Source: Guillardia theta CCMP2712 (taxonomy: Eukaryota > Protista > Cryptophyta). From it: a stretch of 64,000 nt of DNA. The stretch's first letter is position 1. The number at the start of each line of letters is the position of its first letter. Shown here in pieces: positions 36,201 through 46,606 of this stretch. The stretch spans positions 62,001 to 126,000 of the forward strand of contig NW_005434616.1 in assembly GCF_000315625.1 (NCBI RefSeq), in the 5' to 3' direction. The notes beneath the pieces are model-generated. The model had not been told where the DNA came from. It saw only the letters and a program-made list of their open reading frames with translations, and did not search any database. Made by a program: the position numbers and the translations under genes.

Positions 36201-39200
36201 GGCAGTTCGGAACCCGCAGGAGGCACCTGAGACAGCACAGGAGAAAGATTGCCCAAGAGTGAGAGGACGAAGAGTGTTGCTGTCACGTGACGGAGATGTC
36301 AGGCGATGGAGCAGGAAAGTGTATAGCATCGCTCTCAGTGAATGGAAGGAATGGCAACGAGAGCGCAGGTGGACTTGAAGAGAAGGAAGAGGGAAGGAGG
36401 GGAAGGAGCTGACAAGCAGCGGGCAGGATGCGATCGAGGGTTTTGTCGAGTGCAGTGGCGGCTCGCAAGTATGAAGCAGCCAAGGAGTCGTTTCAACTGT
36501 GGAATGTGAGCGGTCGAGAACAAGTTGCAGCATTCTGTTGACGTGTCATCACAAACAGCGATTCCTCTGGCTCTCTCGGGAGGAGCAGAGGGTGAAAGCG
36601 ACAGGCTATGAAAGACTTCTCAGCTCCCTTGTTGCCAAACAAGATTCCTTCAGGAAAGATAGTTCTGCTCAAGAGGGCGGGAGAGGGGGAGCCTGGGAGG
36701 GGAGAGAGGGGGAAGAGGAGGGAGTGGAGGATGGAGATCTTGCAACGGTTCTCATCCTAGTACAGGAACTCGATCCTTCCTGACTGGAGCGACGCTGTGA
36801 ACGAGCAGATCAACGATCGAGAGCTTGAGGTGCTCGCGCTGCTCCAGCTGCCATGCGCCTCTTAACTTGTCGGGCCAGTGGGAGTTTCAGAGGCGAGACG
36901 CGAAGCATGCGGACGAGATGTACAAGCTGACCAAGAGGTGGATCAGCTTGCGAGGTCGCAGAGAGTGATGCTGCTGCAGGCATCAGTCGGAAGTCTCGGA
37001 ATGGAGGAAGGACTCCGAGGTAGGAGAGGAGGAGTGGGAGGAGCAAGGGGGTGAGAAGGAAGAGGACGACAGGGTGAGTGAGGGAGCATGCAGGCCAAGC
37101 TGAGAAGGCAGAAGGAGCTGAGGAAAGAGTCAGAGAAGACTCTCAAGCCCCTTCAGTAAGTGTTATCTCCTCCTCCCTCCTCCTCAACTTTTACAGGCAG
37201 TGGAAGTGGAAGGCAACAGTTTTCTCCTCCATCCTCGTCATTCTTTACGCTGCCCCCATCGTTCCTGCCGGTGACTTCTCCACGTCCTCCCTCCCCTCCC
37301 TCCCTCCCTCCCTCCCTCCCTCCCTCCCTCCCTCCCTCCCTCCCTCCCTCCCTCCCTCCTCCTTTTCACTCGACTCACCTTCAGCTGACCTTTTTCCGCC
37401 AGTCACCCCTTGGGTGATGTCAACGATGCAGCAGCTGTCCCTCGGCCACTGGTACGTCGGCATCCTCCTCGTCGTTAGCCTGGGGGCAGCCATTCGCCGC
37501 CTCCTCAAGTGGCTCTATGTGTCCGTTATCCCCTCCAACGTCAAGAGCGCCTATAGGTCTGCTATCGTTTTCTTCTCCTACTTTTTCTCTCCTTCCCCCC
37601 CCCCCCTCCCCTCTCCATTCCCTTTTTCACGCTGGATTTCCTTGCGTTCCGATCTCCCCGATCTTCCCCATCTGCTCGTTCGCATTTTCCTATCTTCTTT
37701 CCTGTTTGTTTTTTATTTCTCCTCACTTGCCTTGAAGGTGGGCTCGTGATATGGAGCTGGACTCCCATCTTGTGGGGGTGTTGATCGCTTACTTCTCATG
37801 GCTCCAGCTGTGCGATGATGGGGATCAAGGTCAAAATACCTCCTCCTCCCTCCTCCCTCCTCCCTCCTCCCTCCTCCCTCCTCCCTCCTCCCTCCTCCCT
37901 CCTCCCTCCTCCCTCCTCCCTCATTCCTCTTCTTCCCTGTGTCCTCCCCTCTCTTTCCCTCCCAATCTGCTCTGCTTTTCTTTGCTCTTCTCTCCCCTTC
38001 CCACCTTCCCTCCACTCCCTCCCCCCATTCTAGTCTCGCGTTTCTCGTGCCTCTCTGTTGTTATTTACAGTTTGCGCACCCCCTCACTTCCTTCCCCAGC
38101 ACAAGGCCAGCTCTTCTTGCGGTGCAAACCACGTATCAGCTGGATATCCAAAGTTGTCGTCGCAGTCTCAGGTGCTCATCCTCCCAGCTATCTCCCATCT
38201 CCCGTCAACTCCCCTGCACTTGTCAAACTCGTCCCGCAAGCATCCCGCAGGCCCGTCAGGGTCCAGCGGGCTCGAGCTAGGGTCTTGCTGACTCATTCCT
38301 TCAGCCTCTGTGATGACGCAGGAGATCAAGGTCTTGGTCGCCATCCTCCATCGCCAGGGGATCCGCAACGTCATCAAGGCAACGGCAGCGAAACTTGTCC
38401 CGTCCTGGTTCTACAGCCTGCATGTCAGACTACCACAACCCTCTCCCTTCCCTGCTTCTCCCCCATCCCCTCCCCATCCCCCCTATCCTCCTGCCTCTCC
38501 TCCTGCCTCTCCCCACCCTCCCCTCCTCCCTCCCCTCCTCTCGCTCCTCTTCCTGACTATCCGAGGAGCAGGATCACAGCATCCCAGAACTGCTTGCGGT
38601 TGTCCAGCACTCAAACGTCCCTCCTGGCAAGAAGGTCAAGGCCTGCAAAAGAATCGCGGAGTTCGCAGAAGGCGGGCAGGTCTGCGGGCGGTAGAGCTTC
38701 TCTCCCCAGCTGAAGTCCTGCTGGCTCAGGAGCGGCAGGAGCACATCGTGCACTGGGATGGGATCGTGATCTTGACAGACGTCATCAAGTCTGAGCAGGT
38801 AGGCTACAGCTGGGGTAGGGCAGGCTGACGGGGCTCTGTCAGAACCTGGAGGTGCTGGAGGCAGCAGCAGAGGCCCTGGCGAACATGTGCTCATCTCGAG
38901 TCGTCGTGAACTCGCTGCTCGAGAAAGGTCGGGACGCACATCGTGAGCCGGCGCTGACGCGTCACGCAGACGGCGTGAAGATCCTCATTAACCTGCTGCA
39001 GAGGGAGAAGAAAGCAAGCATAACGAAGCAATGCTTGCGCTGCCTTGCCCAAATCGCTGAGTCCGGTGCCGCAAACGCAGGAGGGTCGCGAGGAGTCCTG
39101 ACGAACCCCTGCAGGGTTCCTGGGGGCAGAAGCTGTCCTCTCCTTCCCAGGATCCTCCCAGCTGATCACCGAAGTTCTCAGCTCAAGGGATGTTGAGACG

Positions 39201-40495
39201 AGGAAGCAGGTGAACATCCTGCTGGGGCTGCCCCCACCGCTCATGTCAAGGTCAGGCCGCCAAGATGCTGAGCTCGCTGGCGTCGTCGCTCTTCTCGAAG
39301 CCCCTGAAAGACGGTGCAGCATGCGCAAGTGACGGGGAGGAGGTGAAGAGTCGCTGCCTCAGAGGGGATGCACATCTCGAAGCTCCAGAAGGACCTGCGC
39401 CTGATGGAAATGGTGGCGGGAGCAGAGGGAGTAAGGAGGAAGGGTAACTTCCCTTCCAGGTCCAGCCGCTTGTGAGCGAGCTACAAGGAGGCTGGTTCCT
39501 CCGCATCATCTGCCTTCTTCCTGACTGCAAGGCCTGCGCTGCTCGATCCCTTGGCTTCCTTGCCGGTCTGTTTCGTTCTCCCCCCCCCGCTCCTCCTCCG
39601 TCCTCTCTGCCCTCTCCGGCTTCCATTCCCTCCCCTGAGCTCCATCACTCCAGGTGGAAGCAGCGACTACGTCGAGTCGATGGTGCGAGCAGGAGCCGTA
39701 CAGGCGCTGATGAAGATTCTCAGACTGCGATATCGCTGGCTCTATCCCACTGAGAGCCTCCTGCGTCTCAAGGCAGATGCTGCGTTCGCGGTACCAGCTC
39801 GTCTTCCTAGCCCCTTTTCTTCCTCCTAGTCCCCCTCCTTCTCTTTCCCAGTTCATCTTGTTGGCCTTGCGCTTTTCCCCCTTCTCTTCCATCTCCTCTC
39901 TCTTCCCTTCTGCTTGCCCTCTCTCGCGTTGCTCCTCACAGGCCCGCAGGTAGCGGCGATAGCCAGGGAGGGAGACTTGCAGAGGGGCAGGTTGCAAGAG
40001 GCAGGCGCCATCCAAGTCCTCGAGCAGCTGTGGATGGGGATGGTGCGAGGAAGCGACCGCTGCGCTGCTCCATCCCCCTCCGCTCCTCTCACCGTCTGCT
40101 CGCAGATGCACAACATCGACGGGGACGTTGCCGTGCTGATGAGGGACGAGGCTCTGAAGGCTCTGCAGGCTGTGAGACTAGCCTTCGCTCCTCCCCTCCT
40201 TCCCCGTTGACCCGTGGGGCTGACAGGTGAGGGGCACTAGCAACCAGGGCAGCGTCTTCCGCACTCCTCCGCTCTCCGGCACCTCCACTCCCTGTATCTC
40301 CAGGTGTTGCATGCAGGTTCTCACTGCCTCTCCCTCTTGACTGCTCCCGTCAGCCGCAACTCGAGCCCGGCGTCCAGCCCACGACGCAGGTGACATGCTG
40401 CTGATCCCCTACCCATGCTCACGCGATCGCCTCTACCTGCTTGACTGCTCTGCAGGAGGGTCACGGACAGCGCCTACCTGCGGCAAAGCCTCTAG
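33288..40495 (+). CDS. Giant multidomain protein: 7x WD40 - CbxX/SpoVK-like AAA - coiled coil/Trp-spaced helices - TM - ARM repeats (could be two genes)
   Basis: Seven GH/EH...W[SDEVP] repeats at 33335-34460. LNMFLLGQQGTGKYHFAKLYARFL and LRRHFPFVMDFDRYSAEELMEIF. TM segments at ~37200-37550. ARM-like EAAAEALANM, DGVKILINLL, MVRAGAVQALMKIL, LQEAGAIQVL. Stop TAG at 40493-40495. Confidence 0.7.
36040..36088. repeat. (TGCCC)n microsatellite, intronic
   Basis: Direct tandem array. Confidence 0.95.
37290..37360. repeat. (CTCC)n microsatellite, intronic
   Basis: Direct tandem array. A related (CCTCCCT)n tract lies at 37840-37920. Confidence 0.95.
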
Positions 40496-40591
40496 GAGGA
40501 GAGAGATGGCATAGAAACACGTTTTCATTCAAATCCTGACAACGGAAGACTAGCAACTCAAAACAACATGCTCCTTTCCCTCTCTGCAAGC

Positions 40592-41017
40592 TCAAGAGAC
40601 TTTCCCAGCCACAGCAGCAGCCAACATCCTACCGCTGCTATCAGCACCGCTATCTTCACCCTGCGTCTGCGACACTCGGTCTTTTATCATCTCGACAATG
40701 GCCTGTTGCGTCCTCCTCTCCAACTTGTCGAGTTTCTTCTGGATATGCTGCTTCAAGTCCCAGTTCGGCTTTTTCGGGGCAACATCCAGCTGTATCTCGT
40801 TACCCTGCGGAGCCGCTCCTACCTGTTCCAGTTCCTTGTCTACCGAGACCTTCACCGGCTCCACCACCGCGGTCTTGAACTCATCAGACTTGGGTTGATA
40901 GTTGCGGAACTTGATCTTGGGCGCCTCCTCCTCGTTGTTGTCTCCCGATTCACGTGCGCGTTTGGCTCGCTCTTTCAGCTCCCGCAACCTCCTCGCTCTT
41001 GCCTCTGCATCTTCCAT
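40592..41017 (-). CDS. CCDC12: Pre-mRNA splicing factor Cwf18/CCDC12
   Basis: ARARRLRELK, KIKFRNYQP, APKKPNWDLK, KKLDKLERRTQQAIVEMI. Confidence 0.92.
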   Translation of the reverse strand: MEDAEARARRLRELKERAKRARESGDNNEEEAPKIKFRNYQPKSDEFKTAVVEPVKVSVDKELEQVGAAPQGNEIQLDVAPKKPNWDLKQHIQKKLDKLERRTQQAIVEMIKDRVSQTQGEDSGADSSGRMLAAAVAGKVS

Positions 41018-42067
41018 CTTGCCAGATTTTCTGTTCCTAAATGCAAATCCAGGGATTTCTTCCTTCAAACCAATCTACATGCAGTGGCTTTACCACACCT
41101 ATCTTGAAAAGAAATCATCTCAGCCCATACAAATTGAACAATAAGGGAGTTTGGGCCTCATTCAAAGGTGAACCATGACACGCACATATCACTTGAGGTC
41201 TGCTGTTCTTTCTACGATCACTCTTCCAAAGCTCATCTAATCAGTAAGAGTGTCTGATCCTCAATGTTTCCTTTGTTTCCCACCCATTCACTCAATCCTT
41301 ATCTGCTGTCAGGATTTCCATTCCAACATGTACCTGGCAACCCCCCTCTTCCTGTTGCCTTGCCCTCTCCGTCCTTGGACCCCTGCAGCTCAACCTCCAG
41401 GTTGTTCCTTTTGCCTGCCCTCCACTTCTCTCTCTACCTTCACTTGCACACGGTACTCGCTCATCCTCTTGCTTGACCCACATCTCACCGTCCATTCTTT
41501 CCTCCTCTCCCTCCTCTCCCCGCCCTACTCCATTTTCTTCCCGCCCTCTTCTTGACCGCCATTGTCGGCGCCTCTTTCTCACACCCACCCCTACCAATCA
41601 CAGCCCAATCACCCATCGTGAATTCCATCCCCTCGTCTCAGCAAGACTACCCCTGCTAATTGTACCAGATATCCTCATTCGTACCCGTACTTCATGTACC
41701 CCTACCTACAGTAATCTGAGTAGACTCACCTTGAACGAGAAACTGGACCAGGGGGTACTCTCCCCTGCACGAGGGATGACAGGGTGGGGGTAGGGGTGGA
41801 GGATCCTGAAACGAGTGTGGGTACTTGGACGGGGAAAACTAGGGGGTAGCCAGTTTTAGACATGGGGAATGTGAGGAGGATCTTAGGGGTGGGGGTACAG
41901 GAGGGAGTATCTTAGAGGGGTACTTGAGTTGTGGGGTGGGTACAGATATTAGAAAAAAGATGGTGAATGCATAGATAGATGTGGGGTAGAGGTATGGGAT
42001 ATTTCGTTAAGGGGGGTAGGGGTACAAATGAATTCGGGGGTAGTAGGGTTGCAAATAAAGGATCGCT

Positions 42068-44017
42068 ATGGCCACAGTGACGATGCTGATGCTGGCGGCG
42101 ACGACAGCCGAGGCCTTCATGGTGGTAGGAGGAGGAAGCGCCTCGATTCTCAGGAGAGGAGGTCAGGCTTTCGTTGCTCCTGCCCTTCGCGGACCCTCTT
42201 TCACTTCCAACGGGCGCGTCAGGAGGTTTACTGCTGAGAATGCGGCCCTTGCGACTTCCATGGCTGCCAAGAAGGTTGCGGTGAGAGCGACTTTTATCTA
42301 CATTGATCGGTTCATCCATCACTATTTTGAGGAATAATGTGCTTGAGATTTATTGGTTTCGACCATGAAAGTTCTCATGTACAGTCCTGTATTCAAATAT
42401 CTCATGAACAACTTGGGAATCCTGTTTCACGCATTCACATGATCTTAGGTTGGTATTGTTGGACCTGGCCTTGTCGGAGGAGAGCTTCTCAACCAGCTTG
42501 AGAAGACTAAAAGCATCCTTGCAAAAAGCAACATGGATGTAACAATTCTTGTTTGCACGGCTCGTTTCCCTTGACAGGTGGTGAAACAGGTCACCGTAGC
42601 TGCTGTTGCGAGCCGTCAAAATGGCAAACCAGTCATGCTGTAAGTCTGAACCCATCCTCTCCGGTCCAATGCCATGGATATACCTGATCTCTACCCAGGT
42701 GCAAGAATGATTACATCACTGTCGACCAAGTCAACGTGAGGGCTTGACATTCCTATGTAAAGGCTGGTGACACTTGTGACTCCTGATCCTCAGTCGTTCA
42801 AATCTGGAAAGACTGCTGGACAGGAGGCAGATTATGCCAAGATGGCTGAGCACTTGAAGTCTGTCGCTCCCATCGCTGTCATCTTCGACACTACTTCGTC
42901 TGAGCCGGTATGGTCCATAACACGTGCTGCCCTTTAAGTTGACACCTTGGCTTGGCAGGTCTCCGACATGTACGAGTCTTGGCTCAAGATGGGAGTCCAT
43001 GTGATCACGCCAAACAAGAAAGTTGGCTCTGGTCCCATCAATCGCTACAAGTCTTGCATGAACATGCAGCAGACTGCTGGAAAGTGGGGTATGCAGACGC
43101 GACTGTTGGGTCGAAGTTGCTCATCTGAGCTTGTACAGGCTATGAGACGACTGTGGGAGCAGGACTCCCTATTCTTCATGTTCTTCAGACTGACCTTATC
43201 AAGACGGGTGATAAGGTCAAGAAGATCGAGGTGCGACGGATGTCGGGTGGTGGAGTCTTGGAATGACTGGCTTCGAAGGGTATCTTCTCCGGAACTCTCT
43301 CCTACATCTTCAACACTTACAAGCCTGGAATGAAGTTCAGCGATGTTGTTGCTGATGCCAAGAACAAGGGTTTCACTGAGCCTGATCCTCGTGACGACCT
43401 TGCTGGGATGGACGTTGCTCGCAAAGTTGTTATCTTGGGAAGAGAGTGCGGGATCGACGTCGAGCTGTCGGACGTGAGTCTCAGGTCACAACCTTTCTCG
43501 TCGGTGACATTTGGTGTCAGATTCCTGTCGAAAGCCTCGTGCCGAAGCCCCTCCAGGACTGGAAGCCCAAGGAGGGAGAGAACCTGGCTGATGCCTTCGT
43601 GAAGGAGCTGGTAGCCTACGATGCTGAGAAGGACGCTCTGATCAAGGCCGCGAACGATGCTGGCGAGGTTCTTCTACATGCCTTGACATCATTTCGGCTC
43701 ACAGATCTGAGCGTGTCTACTCGTGTTTCAGGTGCTCCGCTATGTCGGCATGGTCGACGTCGAGAACAAGAAGTGCTCTGTGAAGTTGGCCCGGTACCCC
43801 AAGACCCATCCTTTCGCCGGCACGCAGTGGGCAGATAACATCGTGGCCTTTGACACGGAGCGATACACTCCTCAGCCCCTTGTCATCCAGGGCCCTGGCG
43901 CTGGAGCTGCTGTCACTGCTGCTGGGGTAAGAGGAGTGGACGTGGTGGATTGTAGGGCTGATTCTTGCCTGTACTCAGATCTATGCTGACTTCATTCGGA
44001 TCGTCAACTCAGTCTAG
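42068..44017 (+). CDS. hom: Homoserine dehydrogenase, plastid-targeted (stand-alone, no aspartokinase domain)
   Basis: Signal MATVTMLMLAATTAEA-F. Motifs VGIVGPGLVGGELL, GVHVITPNKK, YETTVGAGLP, GIFSGTLSYIFN, GFTEPDPRDDLAGMDVARK, QGPGAGAAVTAAG. Confidence 0.95.
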
Positions 44018-44099
44018 AAAAAGCAGTTCGGGCAGCAGCAGACCGTCTGTGACTTTGAGCTCAATGAATTGAAATCCGAGAACCAAAACTTGGAGTTTA

Positions 44100-44270
44100 G
44101 TAGACTCCCGGTGACTCTTCAGTCCTGCCGCCTGTATGACACTCAGTTTAGCCTGGGCCCTCCTGGACTTCAAGGGGTCGTAGTCGGGAGCCCGAGTCCG
44201 ATCGGAGCTCCCGGGCTCGGAGGCCCGGCCGCGCGGCCGACTCCGAGTCCGGCGCGGCGAAGAGTTTAGT
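44100..44270. repeat. Short GC-rich non-coding island
   Basis: CCGG/CCGA-rich intergenic patch resembling 7760-8345 in composition. Confidence 0.4.
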
Positions 44271-44909
44271 GTGCGAAGCATCTCAGTTTTTAAAACTATT
44301 CTTGTTGCCTTCTGTTCTCCGAGTTCCGAGGCCTACCCGCTGCCGTGGGGGTGGGTGGCGTTCCTAGGAGGGGTCCCTCTCCTACCACTACTTATGGACT
44401 GGAAAGTACCCTCTTTTTTGCAAATCCAAAGTACCGGTGATTGTTCAAACTCCGGCATTGCTGGGGGTAGGGTGATGCCATTTGACGTTCTTTTTGATCA
44501 CAATGGCCTGACGCCTTGCGCCTCCTCATACTCCTTCTCCCTGCCATCGCCATCCTCCCTGCCTCCTTCTCATCTCCTAGCAGCTCATCTCTACTCCCTC
44601 CCTCGCCTTGCTCCCTCCCTCTTCGTCTTCCTTGCCCTTCGGTATCCGTTCTCGTACCTTGTCTCTTTGCGTCTGGTTCCTCGGTATCGTGTCCAATATC
44701 TGTCATCTCAGGACAAGCAAGGAACAAGTCACTGCCGGAACCAGGCTTGTTCCGACCTCTTACACAAATAGCACGTTGTTACCGCTCCTCTCAACCCGCA
44801 CCATCGCTCTATCGGCGATTATTGGTGCTTAGAGATTGTTGGTGCTGTTAACGCAGACTCACAGCGGAACTTGCATGATTTTGGCGTGTAATTTTGGAAT
44901 TTTCTGATC

Positions 44910-46475
44910 ATGGGAGGAGAAGCCTCAAAATTTCTGGACTGGATTGAGGGGAAAAGTCCCGACGAGTCTGCCATTCAAAACAGACAGTCGAGGTCTCAAC
45001 CCAATCATCCATCTCAGTCTAATCATCGAACAACTTCTTACATCTCATTCGTGACGAACAGGCAACGCTCAGATCAATCTCCTGCAAGCAAAGCAAGAAC
45101 TCCCACCAACTATGCTGCACACTCAGCAGCTCCGAGAGTCATACCTTCGCGGACACCACAAAGTGAACCTAAACATCATTCGTACTCGCAACTCTCCCCA
45201 TCCTCTATGCCCAGCCCAGCTGCAGCAAGGGTGCCTTTCAATCCTATCTCTCCCTCTCCGAGCATGACGCTCACTCCGGGAGCTGCTGCAGGAAAGACAG
45301 TGACACCAGGGGCAACATCGGGAAGAACTCCATCGCACAACAGCCTGCAGGACAAAGACAAGAAGAGCTTGCTCAAGTCTCGCGTGCATCACGTGGTGGA
45401 GGCGGACATGTGCTTCCAGGGAGCGGAAACAACATTTCCTGTGGAGTTTGAGAGACTGTCTGCCTCGGAGAAAGAGTTCTACTCCTCGCCCATCGCAGAC
45501 AGCAAGTACAACACTGCACTCCTTCTTAAGAGCATCGGGCACTACGACAGAGCAAGGAGCCTGTTCGATCAGTGCCGGCAAATCTACACGGACATCTATG
45601 GTTCTGAACACAAGGATGCGCTTGATGCCGCGGCACAGGCTTCGACGTGCTTGATTGTGAAAGCGACTGAGGAGGACATGCAGAATTCAATTACTTCCGA
45701 GGAAGGGAGCAGCATACCGCTGATAGCCAGAGATGGCGACTACGAGAGGAGGAGAAAGAGCATGCAAGCGACAGAAGCTGACATGCAGAGAAGCTTGATG
45801 GCTGAGAACGAGCGAAGAGCCCTATTCGTAAAGGGAGGACTTGATGAAAGTACGAACTTGTCCAGCACCCTTCCTCCAAAGTTCGTGATCGAGGGGTTGG
45901 AAGTTGACGAGGAGGCGGTGCTTTCAAGTGGGCAAACGCCGCAGAATGACCGAGAGCAGATGGCGGATCATGCGATGAAGGATGAGAAAAGAGCAGCGGA
46001 CACCAGGATTGTGAGGAAAGAATCGCCGGAAGCAAAAGTCAACATCCCTCCCAAGCTTCACGACAGAGCCTCGGATGTCCAACAGCTGCATGCAAACTTT
46101 ACTTCAGTCGTGCGCGATGCAAGGGGCAGTTTGAACTTGCTCAGTTCCAGCCAAGACAGGACCAATCAGACAGGGAATTCTTCTCTGCCTCCCCCTATCT
46201 TGTCGCCTCCTCGTCCTCCTTCCGGGATTCCGTCCCGTCCTGCAGTTCCTTCTCCTGCTCCTGCACCTTCTCCTGATGTTGTGTCTACCCGTCTCTTTGC
46301 CCCTGGCTCCTTCCCTAGCCCTGCTCTTGCTCCTTCCCCAGCCACGCCCGTCCCTGCACCTCTTCGTCATCGTGATCCTTCGCTGCAAGGAAGGACTTTC
46401 GACTTCTACGAGGCATTCGAGGACCGGGCTCGCCCCATCGAATCTCGTCCACCTGGCTCCTTGGTTTGGGTTTAA
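44910..46475 (+). CDS. Intronless disordered protein with a single kinesin-light-chain-type TPR motif; MGGEASK N-terminus
   Basis: 521-aa ORF. IADSKYNTALLLKSIGHYDRARSLFDQCRQIYTDIYGSEHKD. Pro/Ser-rich flanks. Confidence 0.75.
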   Translation: MGGEASKFLDWIEGKSPDESAIQNRQSRSQPNHPSQSNHRTTSYISFVTNRQRSDQSPASKARTPTNYAAHSAAPRVIPSRTPQSEPKHHSYSQLSPSSMPSPAAARVPFNPISPSPSMTLTPGAAAGKTVTPGATSGRTPSHNSLQDKDKKSLLKSRVHHVVEADMCFQGAETTFPVEFERLSASEKEFYSSPIADSKYNTALLLKSIGHYDRARSLFDQCRQIYTDIYGSEHKDALDAAAQASTCLIVKATEEDMQNSITSEEGSSIPLIARDGDYERRRKSMQATEADMQRSLMAENERRALFVKGGLDESTNLSSTLPPKFVIEGLEVDEEAVLSSGQTPQNDREQMADHAMKDEKRAADTRIVRKESPEAKVNIPPKLHDRASDVQQLHANFTSVVRDARGSLNLLSSSQDRTNQTGNSSLPPPILSPPRPPSGIPSRPAVPSPAPAPSPDVVSTRLFAPGSFPSPALAPSPATPVPAPLRHRDPSLQGRTFDFYEAFEDRARPIESRPPGSLVWV

Positions 46476-46498
46476 CAAGCGTAAGGGAGGAAGAAGAA

Positions 46499-46558
46499 TC
46501 TAGGTCTCATCCCCCTCATTCTCTAGGTCTCATCCCCCTCATTCTCTAGATCTCATCT
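46499..46558. repeat. 23-bp tandem repeat, ~2.6 copies, between convergent 3' ends
   Basis: TCTAGGTCTCATCCCCCTCATTC x2 plus a partial copy. Confidence 0.85.
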
Positions 46559-46606
46559 CTATCTTCTGCCTTCAGCAGTGAAAAACGCCTGTAAAATCTC
46601 CTGCCC

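Noticed and set aside
40568-41107. 179-aa plus-strand ORF
   Set aside because: It is antisense to CCDC12.
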